A stretch of 52,247 nucleotides of DNA from Atractiella rhizophila. Taxonomy: Eukaryota. Positions 25,838 through 37,006 of the stretch are shown here, in pieces. The translations under genes were made by a program, and so were the position numbers. Every line of letters begins with the position of its first letter. The stretch's first letter is position 1. The notes under the pieces are model-generated. The model saw only the letters and a list, made by a program, of their open reading frames with translations, searched no databases and had not been told where the DNA came from. Location of the stretch: positions 1-52,247 of the forward strand of contig MU271502.1 in the NCBI GenBank assembly GCA_021432655.1. Direction: 5' to 3'.

Positions 25838-25990
25838 CCATTGTTGTTCATCCTCCATTGTTGCTCACACTTATTGTTGTTCATCCTTTTGTCGTTCATC
25901 CTCATTGTTGTTCACACTGATTGTTGTTCATCCCTTTATGGTTCATCCATCTTGTTCATCGATATTCATTGTCCTCCATCGTTCATCCCC
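25838..25990. repeat. Imperfect tandem array of ~(T)TGTTGTTCATCC units upstream of the F-box gene TATA box
   Basis: About ten degenerate copies, e.g. ttgttgttcatcc, ttgttgctcacac, ttgtcgttcatcc, ttgttgttcacac, atggttcatcc, tcgttcatcc. TATATATAAA follows at ~26024. Confidence 0.75.
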
Positions 25991-26115
25991 TTTCTTTTCA
26001 TTACAAATTGAAGGGAACGGAAGTATATATAAACACTCACCAAGGTCGACTGAAAGGTGGTCACACGTTTGCCAGCTTTATTTCTCCTGCCATATTCTGC
26101 TAGATCGCTTAACCT

Positions 26116-27720
26116 ATGTCTGCTCAGGCTGTCTCCTGTCAAACCATAATATCCCGTCTTCCAGTCGAAGTTTTTATCTCCATAGTCGCCTACCTTCCAT
26201 CGCTTTCCGTGGTTCGCGTAACTCATGTCTGTCAGATTTGGCGAAAAGCAGTTCTGGGTACACCGATGCTTTGGCGAGACCTACACCTTCATTCCGGCTC
26301 AGAGGGATCTTTGGAGCAGCTTTCAACCCAATGGAAAGCCTGGTACGATCGAAGGTTGACCAAGGTTCCAACAGACATAAATTTCGATGGCGAAGGCCCA
26401 GGTGATCTTGTGCCTCTTCGCTCTTTTGTCCTCACATACAATTCGTCTGGTGGCCTTGAGTCGCTCGCACGCATGTTCTCTGCTATTTCAACCCACCAGC
26501 TTGTGAAAAGCTTATGTTGTCTACGCATCTTCGAGGTGCGAGAGGAGTGGACGGGAACTAAGGTACGGTGCAGTTACTGGGACAACGAAGAATTTCAGCA
26601 AGAGTCGGCTCTGTTTCAAAAATTGTTGCTTCCGGTTTATATCGCGAAGGGAACTTTGAACGTATTGAACATTACCGCCTACTTTAACTTCATTATCACG
26701 GACCTCAATGACTTATTGTCCCAATTTCCTCTCCTGGACACGATGCAGTTCAGAACGAGCAACATGCCATTGGAGGGGATACTAGCCATCCGGGATCCAT
26801 TCCAATTTGAAAGGTTCCAGTCAGTCAAGGACCTCGCTGATCTCGTGCCTAGACGTGAAGTCCTTCCTACTACCATCAACAACAGTACAGCTTTCAAAGT
26901 TATTAACCTCCAAACCTGTCACTTAGCCACATCTCCCACGTGGCCATTCCAGCTTCCATTTGACTTTCCAGAGCTATCGCTTCCCGAGGAGATAGTTGAC
27001 AATCATATTTCCCGCTTCTCGCGTCTCACAAGTATCCATACGTGCTGTTCCGTGGATCCAGATCACAAATCCCCCGATTTTTACAAATTTTCCCAGTTTT
27101 GTGCTTCCATTCGAACTCTTCGAAGAGTGGATGTTAGCATGCCTTTTGACGATCGTGACGACTCAGAAGATGTATTCAACATGGAACACCTCGACACCTT
27201 TGGCTGGAGGAGGGGCGGTGTCCTTTCGATATCTAGATTTGTAAATAGATGGCATATGCCAAATCTACGTCGCGTGGTCTTCAACGAGTGTGATGGACTT
27301 CCCACTTCCTCATTTCACATTCTTTCAGTTACTTCTCCATTGCTTCAGGAGGTCGATTTGATTGGCGACACGATACCGACAAAAGGCGACCATGCACTAC
27401 CCTGTCTGCCCTCTCTCCGGATTCTGAGAATTACGGCATCTTTCGCGCGGAAAAGAGGAAAGTTCAAGGTCTCCGACGCTTTCATCCTTTCCATCTTCCT
27501 CTCTCAAACATTGGAAGAACTATACTTCAACAATGTCTCGTCCTCCGGAGCAACGTTGGTTTCCTTCCTGAAGGCGAGGTTATCCGCCGCACCGAATACT
27601 CCCAGGTTGCAGTTGATCAGTATGATCAATGGTAGCAATGTGGATTTGGAGCATAAACAATGGATTACTGCTCACACTTCCGATCTCGCCGGCGTCGGTT
27701 GTTCTGTTGTAATGGGATGA
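26116..27720 (+). CDS. F-box protein (534 aa, single exon) with LRR-like C-terminal region
   Basis: N-terminal IISRLPVEVFISIVAYLPSLSVVRVTHVCQIWRKAVLGTPMLW F-box motif. LxxLxL-type repeats follow (FPLLDTMQF, MPNLRRVVF, PLLQEVDL, LPSLRILRI, LEELYF). Confidence 0.88.
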   Translation: MSAQAVSCQTIISRLPVEVFISIVAYLPSLSVVRVTHVCQIWRKAVLGTPMLWRDLHLHSGSEGSLEQLSTQWKAWYDRRLTKVPTDINFDGEGPGDLVPLRSFVLTYNSSGGLESLARMFSAISTHQLVKSLCCLRIFEVREEWTGTKVRCSYWDNEEFQQESALFQKLLLPVYIAKGTLNVLNITAYFNFIITDLNDLLSQFPLLDTMQFRTSNMPLEGILAIRDPFQFERFQSVKDLADLVPRREVLPTTINNSTAFKVINLQTCHLATSPTWPFQLPFDFPELSLPEEIVDNHISRFSRLTSIHTCCSVDPDHKSPDFYKFSQFCASIRTLRRVDVSMPFDDRDDSEDVFNMEHLDTFGWRRGGVLSISRFVNRWHMPNLRRVVFNECDGLPTSSFHILSVTSPLLQEVDLIGDTIPTKGDHALPCLPSLRILRITASFARKRGKFKVSDAFILSIFLSQTLEELYFNNVSSSGATLVSFLKARLSAAPNTPRLQLISMINGSNVDLEHKQWITAHTSDLAGVGCSVVMG

Positions 27721-27930
27721 GGAAGTATTTGTCATGACAATGCTAGAGGTGTATCTGCTTGGATTCATACTAAGTACAGTAATGCTTGATGATGTAGGAC
27801 AAGAGAAGTACATGACAAGGAAGCAAATGATCTGAGTACAAAAGTCCACGTTCTACATCGCCCAAATTAGTCCACTCATACTAATAGCTAGTCCATACTC
27901 TGTCCCTACAAATACAAAAATTTCTGGGGA

Positions 27931-28821
27931 CTAAATGAAAGGCCAATGTGATGGCGGTCTCGAGACCGACGGTCCTGAAGGAGAGGCAGACGTGCTGCTC
28001 AAGTGCGGCAAAGCCAGTGCTATGGAGGGAAAGTCTCTGCGAATCCGATCTATCTCGTCCTCGAGTACATCGTTATCGTCGGATGTCTGAAGTGACGCGT
28101 CGTCTAATGCTCGAAGGTTGGTAGGACTGAGTGACGATGATTGTCCAAAAGGAGAAGGAGTGGATTGACTGGTAGTTTGAGGAATATGCTGAGGGAGAAA
28201 CATGGCTTGAGAGTCCAAAAAGTTGGAGAGTTTCGACTCGAAAGTCTCTACGTGTCGATGTTCGATCAGCAAACGTAAAGTCTTTGACAAGGTAAGAATC
28301 TACCTAACCGACTTTCAAGCTGTTCAATTGATCTTAGTCGATCCAGCTCTTTCCGATGCTCACCAACTAGCTTCTGCGCTTCTTCGGATGACTTCGAAGG
28401 ACCGGGAAAGACGCAGGAGACTGTGGATGGATCGAGGCCCCGATCTTGGGCTTGACGGATGCACGGAGAGCAACTTGGTCGTTGTCCATCGCATTTGATC
28501 TGATGGTATGTGAGCACATGATTATGCTTTCATAATGAAAGACTTACTTTCCGTTTCTGTCGGTCGGTCACCAAGAGCTCAGCAACAACACAGGAAAATA
28601 ACAAGGCCGCAACACACCTTGCATGGGATACATGCTGTGTTTCGTGGTAACGGTGCGCGCTTCCCCTGGTTATTATTGTTCGTTCCTTGCGTTAAATGCA
28701 TATCTAAATCTTTCCTTTGCTTTCTAGATGGTCCCCTCCTCCGTATTGGTATTTTAAAGCAAGCCAACATCCTATGTTCAGGAGAAACGGGAGGCAGACT
28801 TTCACGGAAAGAAAAGGACAT
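27931..28821 (-). CDS. Short Zn(II)2Cys6 binuclear-cluster transcription factor (start codon uncertain: 28821 or 28701)
   Basis: Spliced ACIPCK|KRK|IKCDGQRPSCSPC...VSCVF gives the C-x2-C-x6-C-x6-C-x2-C-xn-C pattern. It is followed by a coiled coil (RSIEQLESRLETFESKL) and a Ser/Pro/acidic tail. Confidence 0.88.
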
Positions 28822-29147
28822 TTAAACATCGTGTCATTCTCAATCCTCGCTGCTCGCGCTTTCTTTGTACCTCCCTCAGTACTCTCCCTCCTCCTTCACA
28901 CTCCGTGTTCTCAGACTCACGATTGACCCTTCGTGCCAAACTGCTGCGGCTGGCACACGCTTGTTCGCGTGTCTTGTGCGAACAGCCCAAACTGCTGTTC
29001 TTGGTAACTTTATGAAGGTATTTACGATGTTAAAGTCGCGGAGTAGATACGTAGCCTAGACTCCATGCAAGAAGATCAGTGCACGCAGCACTTGGGAAGC
29101 CAACCATGGAGCTTCGCAATGCGAACGAGCCTTCGCTAGTGGGAGTA

Positions 29148-29531
29148 AAGAGTCATCGGGGATGCCGTACCCGAGTTTACTGCTTTACGCATTGACTCTG
29201 ACTACTCATTACCCTCTGTTCATTCGGCATCTCTACTTGTCCATTTCTTCGACACAGCAGAAAGGGAAAGACGAGCTGCGGGATCATGAGACAAGAGATT
29301 AGGGAGATATGCGACAAGAGTCATCGGAGCTCCCGCATATGACTCTCCTTTGGATTATTTTGTCTTTTAGAGGTTCTAATAGCTTTGATTTTGTTGCCTG
29401 CAAAGTGACAATCCACATTTGCGGACGCCAGTGGGTAACAAGGAAAGTCATCTGCTGCTGTGGAGAGAACAAGTTGGCATTAGCGCGCTCTGACGGAGAC
29501 AAAGATCAACATAAAAAGGAAGAGTCATCGG
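29148..29531. promoter_or_regulatory. Cluster of AAGAGTCATCGG repeats (reverse complement contains ATGACTCTT, a Gcn4/CpcA-type site)
   Basis: Exact 12-mer at 29148-29159, 29316-29327 and 29520-29531. Additional TGACTC at 29193 and 29340. Lies between the divergent Zn2Cys6 and Erv25 genes. Confidence 0.55.
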
Positions 29532-29994
29532 AGACGCCGAGAACAGCTTCAGAGCCAGTATCTTTACTACCGCGGCGGTGTGTCACGCTCGTGAGAGGCA
29601 AATCTGAAACGAGATTTCGTTCGACTTAACTTATGAGTAACAATATTGTCTCACATTGCCACTGCTAAACAATAAAAGTGAGTGTGCTCAATAGGACAAA
29701 GCACCATTAATCGATAACAGCGAAGCATGAAAACCCTTTCATCCACACAAAGTGGCAGCTCATCATAACTTGAAACTCACTTATCGCTTGTTCGCTTTTC
29801 ATTCACCCCTTACTGTCAATCCCTTGCCCTTTAAAATGTCCCAAATAAATCCATTCTCTCTATCTTACCTCTCCTGGACTGCAAGATGCCAAGATGCAAG
29901 AGTGAGTGGTGACTTGATCACCAAAAAACGACGACTTTAAGTTCCGAGTTCGAGCCTTCTCGACAAAATTTAGTTCCACCTCGACACGACACAG

Positions 29995-30913
29995 ATGTTC
30001 CTCCCTCGGTTGCTCCTTGCTCTTTTGAGCTTGTTCCCTTACAGCTTAGCTATAAAATTCCTTCTTCCCGCTTCACATAACCCTTCTGCCAAATGTATAT
30101 GGAATTGGGCCACCTCCGACAATCTCGTCATTATTTCTGCCAACGTCGATTTGGCAAATGCTGCCGGTATCTCGACGCAGGAATATAGGGATAAAATGCG
30201 AATTGACATGGAGGTCATTGATGGGAGTGGGAGTCGAAACGTCTATCAGAGCAAGCGAGGTCTGAAGGGAGAGACGAGGATGGCAATTACTACCCATGCT
30301 GATGCAGATTTGGGAGTCTGCTTCAAAAATTGGTTAGATGCTAGTGCGTTCATATTCTCTGCCATTTGAAACCTTGGTGTTGAAGCATCCTATTCAAAGG
30401 CGTAAACGAGAACCAAGCGGACAAATACCAGCGAGCTATTGACTTAGACGTAGACATTGGAGCTGATGCGGTGGACTACAACGCCATTGCTAAACAAGAG
30501 GTCCGTTCCTTCCTTGATGTTCTGCGCTGGGAGCTTGGTTTTTGAACAGTTTATTAGTCTTTGTCTGGTCTAGAAGTGGAAATGCGCAAGCTGGAGGAGG
30601 TGGTAGGGGAGATAGTAAACGAGCTCAATTACCTCAAACGTCGAGAAACAAAGATGCGAGACACGAATGGTGCGCCTTCTCTCCTGCAAACTTCCTCTAT
30701 GCCGGTGGCAGATGCTAAGGCAACATATCCCCTCTAGAGTCAACCAACGACCGAGTTCGCGTGTTCTCGACGCTCACTATGGTGACCCTCGTCCTCCTTG
30801 GTGTCTGGCAGATCTTCCACCTTCGAAGCTACTTCAAACGAAGTGAGTCGCCCGTCTAACTTTTATCTGGCTTATAAAGCTGATCTTCCCTCTTAGAGTA
30901 TCTTATAGATTGA
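29995..30913 (+). CDS. ERV25: p24/emp24/gp25L family cargo receptor (Erv25/TMED10)
   Basis: Signal peptide, then KCIWN...THADADLGVCFKN (GOLD domain), IDLDVDIGADAVDYNAIAKQE, LEVEMRKLE, MRDTNESTNDRVR, and LGVWQIFHLRSYFKRKYLID*. Confidence 0.95.
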
Positions 30914-31089
30914 GGATATATGGAGTTGGAGAGGAACGGAACGCGCCAGGCCGCGCTGTCCCCAGTGGACCGTGTGTTCTCTCCATTTCAGCGCTGGGTT
31001 GCGGGTGACCGTTGCGCAAACCTGCAACGAAATATTCCTACCACGGTTGCATTTTCGAGTACCCAAATCCTATTACTATGTCTAATGTT

Positions 31090-34088
31090 CTACCCAGCCA
31101 CTGTAATAGCGGATGATCTAGTGAGATTCGATGAGATTTCTCGCTGTTCCTTCTTAGCTATCTTCCCCTCCTCTTTGTCGTGGGACCGGGACAGGCCATT
31201 TGGTGTCCCCCGTCTGATGGGAAGGAATCCTTCTTGCTGAACAGTATAGAATTCGTGGTATTTTCCACCTTTGGCCATGAGCTCCTCGTGACTATGAAAA
31301 GTTTGAGCTTTGGCTTGTTGCGGGAAGGAGTGAAAGAAAAAGCCTACCTTCCAACTTCGATACACCTTCCTTTATCTAACATGATGATTTTGTCTGCTTT
31401 TGCGGCCATGTTCATCCGACTTTACGCCTGTCAGTCGTTGCTTTGATAAAGGACTAAATCACCCAACTGCGTAATGTAAAGCACCGTTTGGTCTTCTCGC
31501 TTGTTGGCGTAAATATCACGAAATACCTCTGGAATATCTGTCAGCCACAACTGTTCGAAGTAAGGTGGCTAAAACTCGCGTGCTTCCGCTAAAGGATCGA
31601 GAGCGCTGGACATTTCGTCATAGCAGCAAAGCTCGGGGGAGCGTAAAAAAGAGCGTGCAAGACATATCTTCTGCCATTCGCCTATGGTAACCGAGTCAAT
31701 CTCTTCTTCCTCCGAGAAAGAAAGGGAGAGGAGTAAACTCGCCTCCAGAAAAGGACGGCGGCCGCCTACTTTCTTCGTATTGTGCCTTAATTTCCTCCTT
31801 CCTTTCCAGCACCCTCTCTCCGCCACCACTATCTCCCTCCTCTTCGTCATCTAAGAAGGATTCGAGCGCATCGTGATAGACACATGTTTGCTGAAAACTT
31901 GCTGGAGTGGCGTTAAGGGGAGAAGGGCCGAGCGACGTTTCAAGACCTTTGGATAGGCGGGAGACAAGGTCGGATGCTCCAGCACGACGGATGGCCGCTT
32001 CCACTTTCCTTTTTACACATGGATACGCTATGTTGAAGTCCCATTTCGGCAGTCCCAGTGCAACGAATTCCCCAAGAGGTATGTCGTATCGAGCTGCAGG
32101 GCGACCATGGCCGATCAGATGGAGAGGAGAAGGTGAAGTAAGGCGGACCTTGCGTTTGCAGCAAGACAGTCATATTCCTTCGCAAGCTGGAGGGATCATA
32201 TTCCGTAATATCGTGGTCGTTAATTAGGATTGTTCCAGAGGTAGGATTGTAAAGGCCTAACGCGAATACGCATGTCTAATGGCTGAACAATAGAAAGCAG
32301 GCGAGCGCACGGGATAACAGGTTCAGGATAGTACTCTTCCCACTCCCGTTGAATCCTACTATGCAAACCACCTGGATATACATCAGTGCCTTTAGGGTCA
32401 AAATGAGAAGACTGGTCGTGCCTCTCCCTGAACGATATCAAAAGAAACGCTATTGAGGGCTAAGGTGCCTGCCTTGCTATGTGGATACTGGAAATTTACA
32501 TCCCTATGATGCACGTTGAGCGAATATTCTCGCAAACTCGAACAGATAAAGGAACAGACCTGAAAGATATCTTGGTTCCTTTTAATGTTTTCTGATACTG
32601 ACGCGACGGCCGCTGATGAGACGGAGGAGTTGCCAACCTGGTGAGCGAAAGGAAATCCTTCACTGAGTGGTAAAATGTCTGCAAGAGTCTGCCATCGTAA
32701 GTAAGGTGAGTGACCTGCCTCGAGATAGATTGTGCCGCCCGCGTAAGGATTGCAAACTTGGCTAGGTCCACCACATTCCCATTGATCGCGCGCAGAATGA
32801 CTGTAGAGTAGATGATACTTGTCGACATGCCGTCGAGAATAGCAAATACATCTACCCCGTTCCCCGTTCTCCCAGGTCGAGCTGAGGACAGGTTGCGCAG
32901 GGCATGGGCGCTTTGATCGAATCGTGCTCTGATATATGGATATAGATCGTACAGGCGCACCTCACTGGCAAGATGCCGAGACTGTCCCCAGTCATGAAGG
33001 TTTAGCATACGCTATGAGCAGCGTCTGTCAGTAGCCTGAAATGGACAATGCCCTGACGCGCCTGGTAGTCTGGATGTGTAATAGTGCTCCTCCTCGAATT
33101 GTGGATCAGGAAATTTCTCCCTTTGCTGATAATTGGTATGACGATAGTGAAGAGCATGAGGTCCCAGGTAGAACGATCGCTCAATGCCCAGATTAATCGG
33201 ATTTGATAGGAGATTCCGATGGCGTTGGTAACACAGGATAATAGATTTTGGATGTGGACAAATGGTTCCCAGCGGTCATAAAGGTGCGTTGAGCTCTGCA
33301 AAAGGGATTGAGTGGAGGATGCTTCGACGCTCTGCAATCCTAGGGAAGAGGCTGTGGAGAGCAGATGGCGTCTTATCAAAATCCTGTCCAGAATGTCAGT
33401 ATTGCAACTTGGACTGAGGGTAGTCATGGACGAACTCGTAGGCGAGGTGTAATACGCCTGCGTTCTGTGCCCTGTCTGGTTGCTTCAATATGGACGAGAA
33501 GTTCTGAATGCCTCGAGACGCACTTTATTCTTTCAACGATAAATCCGGCGATACCAACAGCGCCTGTAGTAAAGGCTAGAAGATAGATATCGTGCATATT
33601 GGCAGCTTTCGGATCATTCACCACGATCCTAGCCTACCAAAAATATTAGTCAAGGAGTCATAGCAAGGGTTAGCTGACCATGTCGATGAGTCTAGCGCTG
33701 AACAACAGGTTCCAGGCTGGCAGGAGTGATCTATACGCACGATGACCCTGCATTCATTTGACAAACCGAAGTCCAAGGCGGCGTACTCAAAAGCAGTCAA
33801 TGCTGCGTGCCATAGAAGCCTCAATGGGCGGCTCCTAGCGATAAAAGAGAGGAAGTTCCACCAAGTCAACGCGCAAAGCTTGATCTTCCTCCACTTCTCC
33901 CGAGCACTGCCAATGAAAGCAGGAAGATTGACATAAAAGTGTTTCGAGGAAGGTGCCTTCTGACGTTGGATGACAGTGTAGAGATTTTGCTCCGTCGCGG
34001 TGTAGATGTACCCGTTTGCAATAACAGGAGGGATTCCCATGCTCACCATCGAGATAATAGATGATGGCGATTGCAGATTTGCAAGCAT
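31090..34088 (-). CDS. ABC half-transporter (ABCB/MsbA-like NBD with divergent transmembrane domain)
   Basis: Walker A CIVGFNGSGKSTIL. Spliced signature SFSGG|EWQKICLARSF. Walker B/D-loop LCCYDEMSSALDP. Then [28 protein letters not shown]. Hydrophobic N-terminal exons. The start position is approximate. Confidence 0.85.
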
Positions 34089-34786
34089 CTTTTAAGCCAC
34101 AAGAATCGCCCAGAACATTTGTTAATGTAGGCCAAACAAAACTAAATAGTGTTGGAGGACGAGCGAATGTCCGACGATGCGGGATACCTGGACTTCAATA
34201 GCAATGGAACCTGTCCTTAGATCTCAGATACACAGGTTGCGATTGGCGCACGCATTGGTTCAACAGCGATATCGATCGAAAATAGAGATCTCATCTCTTA
34301 GCACTTCCGTCTCGCACTCCACACTCAAACCTTGACATAGGGGACATCGATACACCAATAGAGTCCCTTCATCCCATTCAAGCTTCAATATAGCCTGGCG
34401 GACGCATTCTTGAGCCACTTGCAGCCTGAATGTCACATGCCCATATAAATGCAGAAGGGCTTAAAAGCCATTTGCACACTGAACTCGAAGGTTCACATGA
34501 CAAAGGAGCGCTGACAAGAATAGGTTTACGACCGCTGTTTCTAAGGTCAACATCACGAAGAATCACGAAGGGATGGCCAAAGGTTTCCGGCAATAATAGA
34601 TACATATTGCGGCTGCATTGCTGCGACTCTTTCATGAGTCTTGTGACTAACTTTGTGTTCTACCCTGACTTATTGTTTATACAATCCTTTTGATACATGT
34701 GCACTTGTTTCCAATATCGCTTGTCAGTGCAAGGTCAAGGTGCTCAAAAATAAAAGAGAGACTGACATATGGCCAATCCTAACCAC

Positions 34787-35571
34787 TCAGCGATGACGTT
34801 TGAACGCTTCTGCAATCTCTACACCTTTGAGTAAATCCTCCTTTACCCTCTCATCTGCTTCTCTGCCGCTCTTACACTTCTCCAGCACCTCTTCCACTTT
34901 CTCCAGCGGAACGACTACCACTCCATCCTCATCTGCCTTCACAATGTCTCCTGGACGTATGATCACATCGGGAAAGCCGTCTTCTCCTTTTATTGTGATG
35001 GGGACATCAAGGGCTTGCGGACGAGAGAAAGTGCCCTGGCCCAAAGTCGAGAAACCGCGCGAAAACACCTGGCGACTGTATTGAGTGTTCGCAAATATGA
35101 AGGTGAAAGGGAAGACGAACGGGAAGTTCCATCTCTGAACGGTCTCTGATCCGACCGTCGACTACGACGCCAGCGACGCCAATTATCTTCGCCCTGAGGG
35201 CGAGTAACCCACCTTTCTCACGTCCAAAGTTCGTCAACCTTGTTGTCCAATGCTCCGAATGGAGTAAGGGAGAACGGACCGAGAACTGCGCTTTTGAGGG
35301 TGCGAGGAGTGGAAATGACCATTACGCTCCCTCGCGGCGCGCAATCCACATAGTGTCCTGGAAGCGTCGGGGGCGGGAGGTCAGTGGGAAGGGACACCAT
35401 TTCCACTGTGTATGCTGGGCCACAGATCGAGTCTTTATTGGAGGGAGAAATGGGCTGAATGCTCGATAAGTGTCCTCCAGATGCATGTCCTAACTTAACT
35501 AGCGCATCGGAGAGCTCGCAAGTTGAGTAAGCGGAGATCAGACTGGCTTTCGAAGGAGATCGTGTTGACAT
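34787..35571 (-). CDS. RraA-like / 4-hydroxy-4-methyl-2-oxoglutarate aldolase family protein
   Basis: STCELSDAL, ICGPAYTV, SAVLGGLLALRA...AGVVVDGRIRD, VFSRG, and IRPGDIVKADEDGVVVVP. Confidence 0.9.
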
Positions 35572-35840
35572 TTTCAGATACTGATGCAGCTGAACTGCTG
35601 GAAATCGAGCGGCCGAGTGCTGCAGCAAGCAGATCGATGAGAGATGAGGAAACTTCCACGTTTGACGCAATGCTCGTGTGACGCAAAGGAAAGAATGAAA
35701 CAACATGCAACCCCAACTACGGTCTGTGTGCTGAGTACTGAGTGTTGAGCGACGTTCCCTTGGTTAGAAGGGTTCGCAACCCTTATAGAAAGTCAGGTGA
35801 CTCGTCCGCCGAAGAAATTGTACGTACGTCGCCTGTAAAG

Positions 35841-35847
35841 TATAAAA
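35841..35847 (+). promoter_or_regulatory. TATA box of histone H2A gene
   Basis: TATAAAA about 90 nt upstream of the ATG at 35933. Confidence 0.6.
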
Positions 35848-35932
35848 GGGGTTGAGTTTCTTTAATTCTCCCACCAAGAAACGACGAACTCCCTGCTTAT
35901 CTTACAACGAACACGCCCAAAAACAACTCGAA

Positions 35933-36649
<717 letters not shown>

Positions 36650-37006
36650 TTCTCTGCTCTCGCTCTCCACGCTTCACTTTGTTCGACTTCTGTTTGTGGG
36701 TGTCTGTTTAATATATGATACTACATGGCTTAAGCCTCCATGAGAGTTGTTTGGTTTATGCGTTATCGTGAATATATTTGTTTTAACTATATGACACCGT
36801 CCCATCTTGCCACTGATCACGTAGCTGCTCGTGAGAGGCATTCTCCTTCTCATCCATGTTCTCGGACGACGGGTAAGGGGAATGTCTGAAGAGCTGATGT
36901 GGTAACTTGTTAACCAATGAAAGTCACGTGCAAAATACCACAAACGCGTTCCGATTTTCGACTTGGTTCAAAATCTCCTTCGCCTTCCTGTTAGATAAAT
37001 ATCATC

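Noticed and set aside
25838..25990. CRISPR-like array
   Set aside because: The units are short, degenerate and nearly adjacent, with no unique spacers or cas genes, and the context is eukaryotic.
25734..26405. 223-aa ORF overlapping the F-box gene
   Set aside because: The frame stays open through the stop-poor repeat array, overlaps the real gene out of frame, and has no motif.
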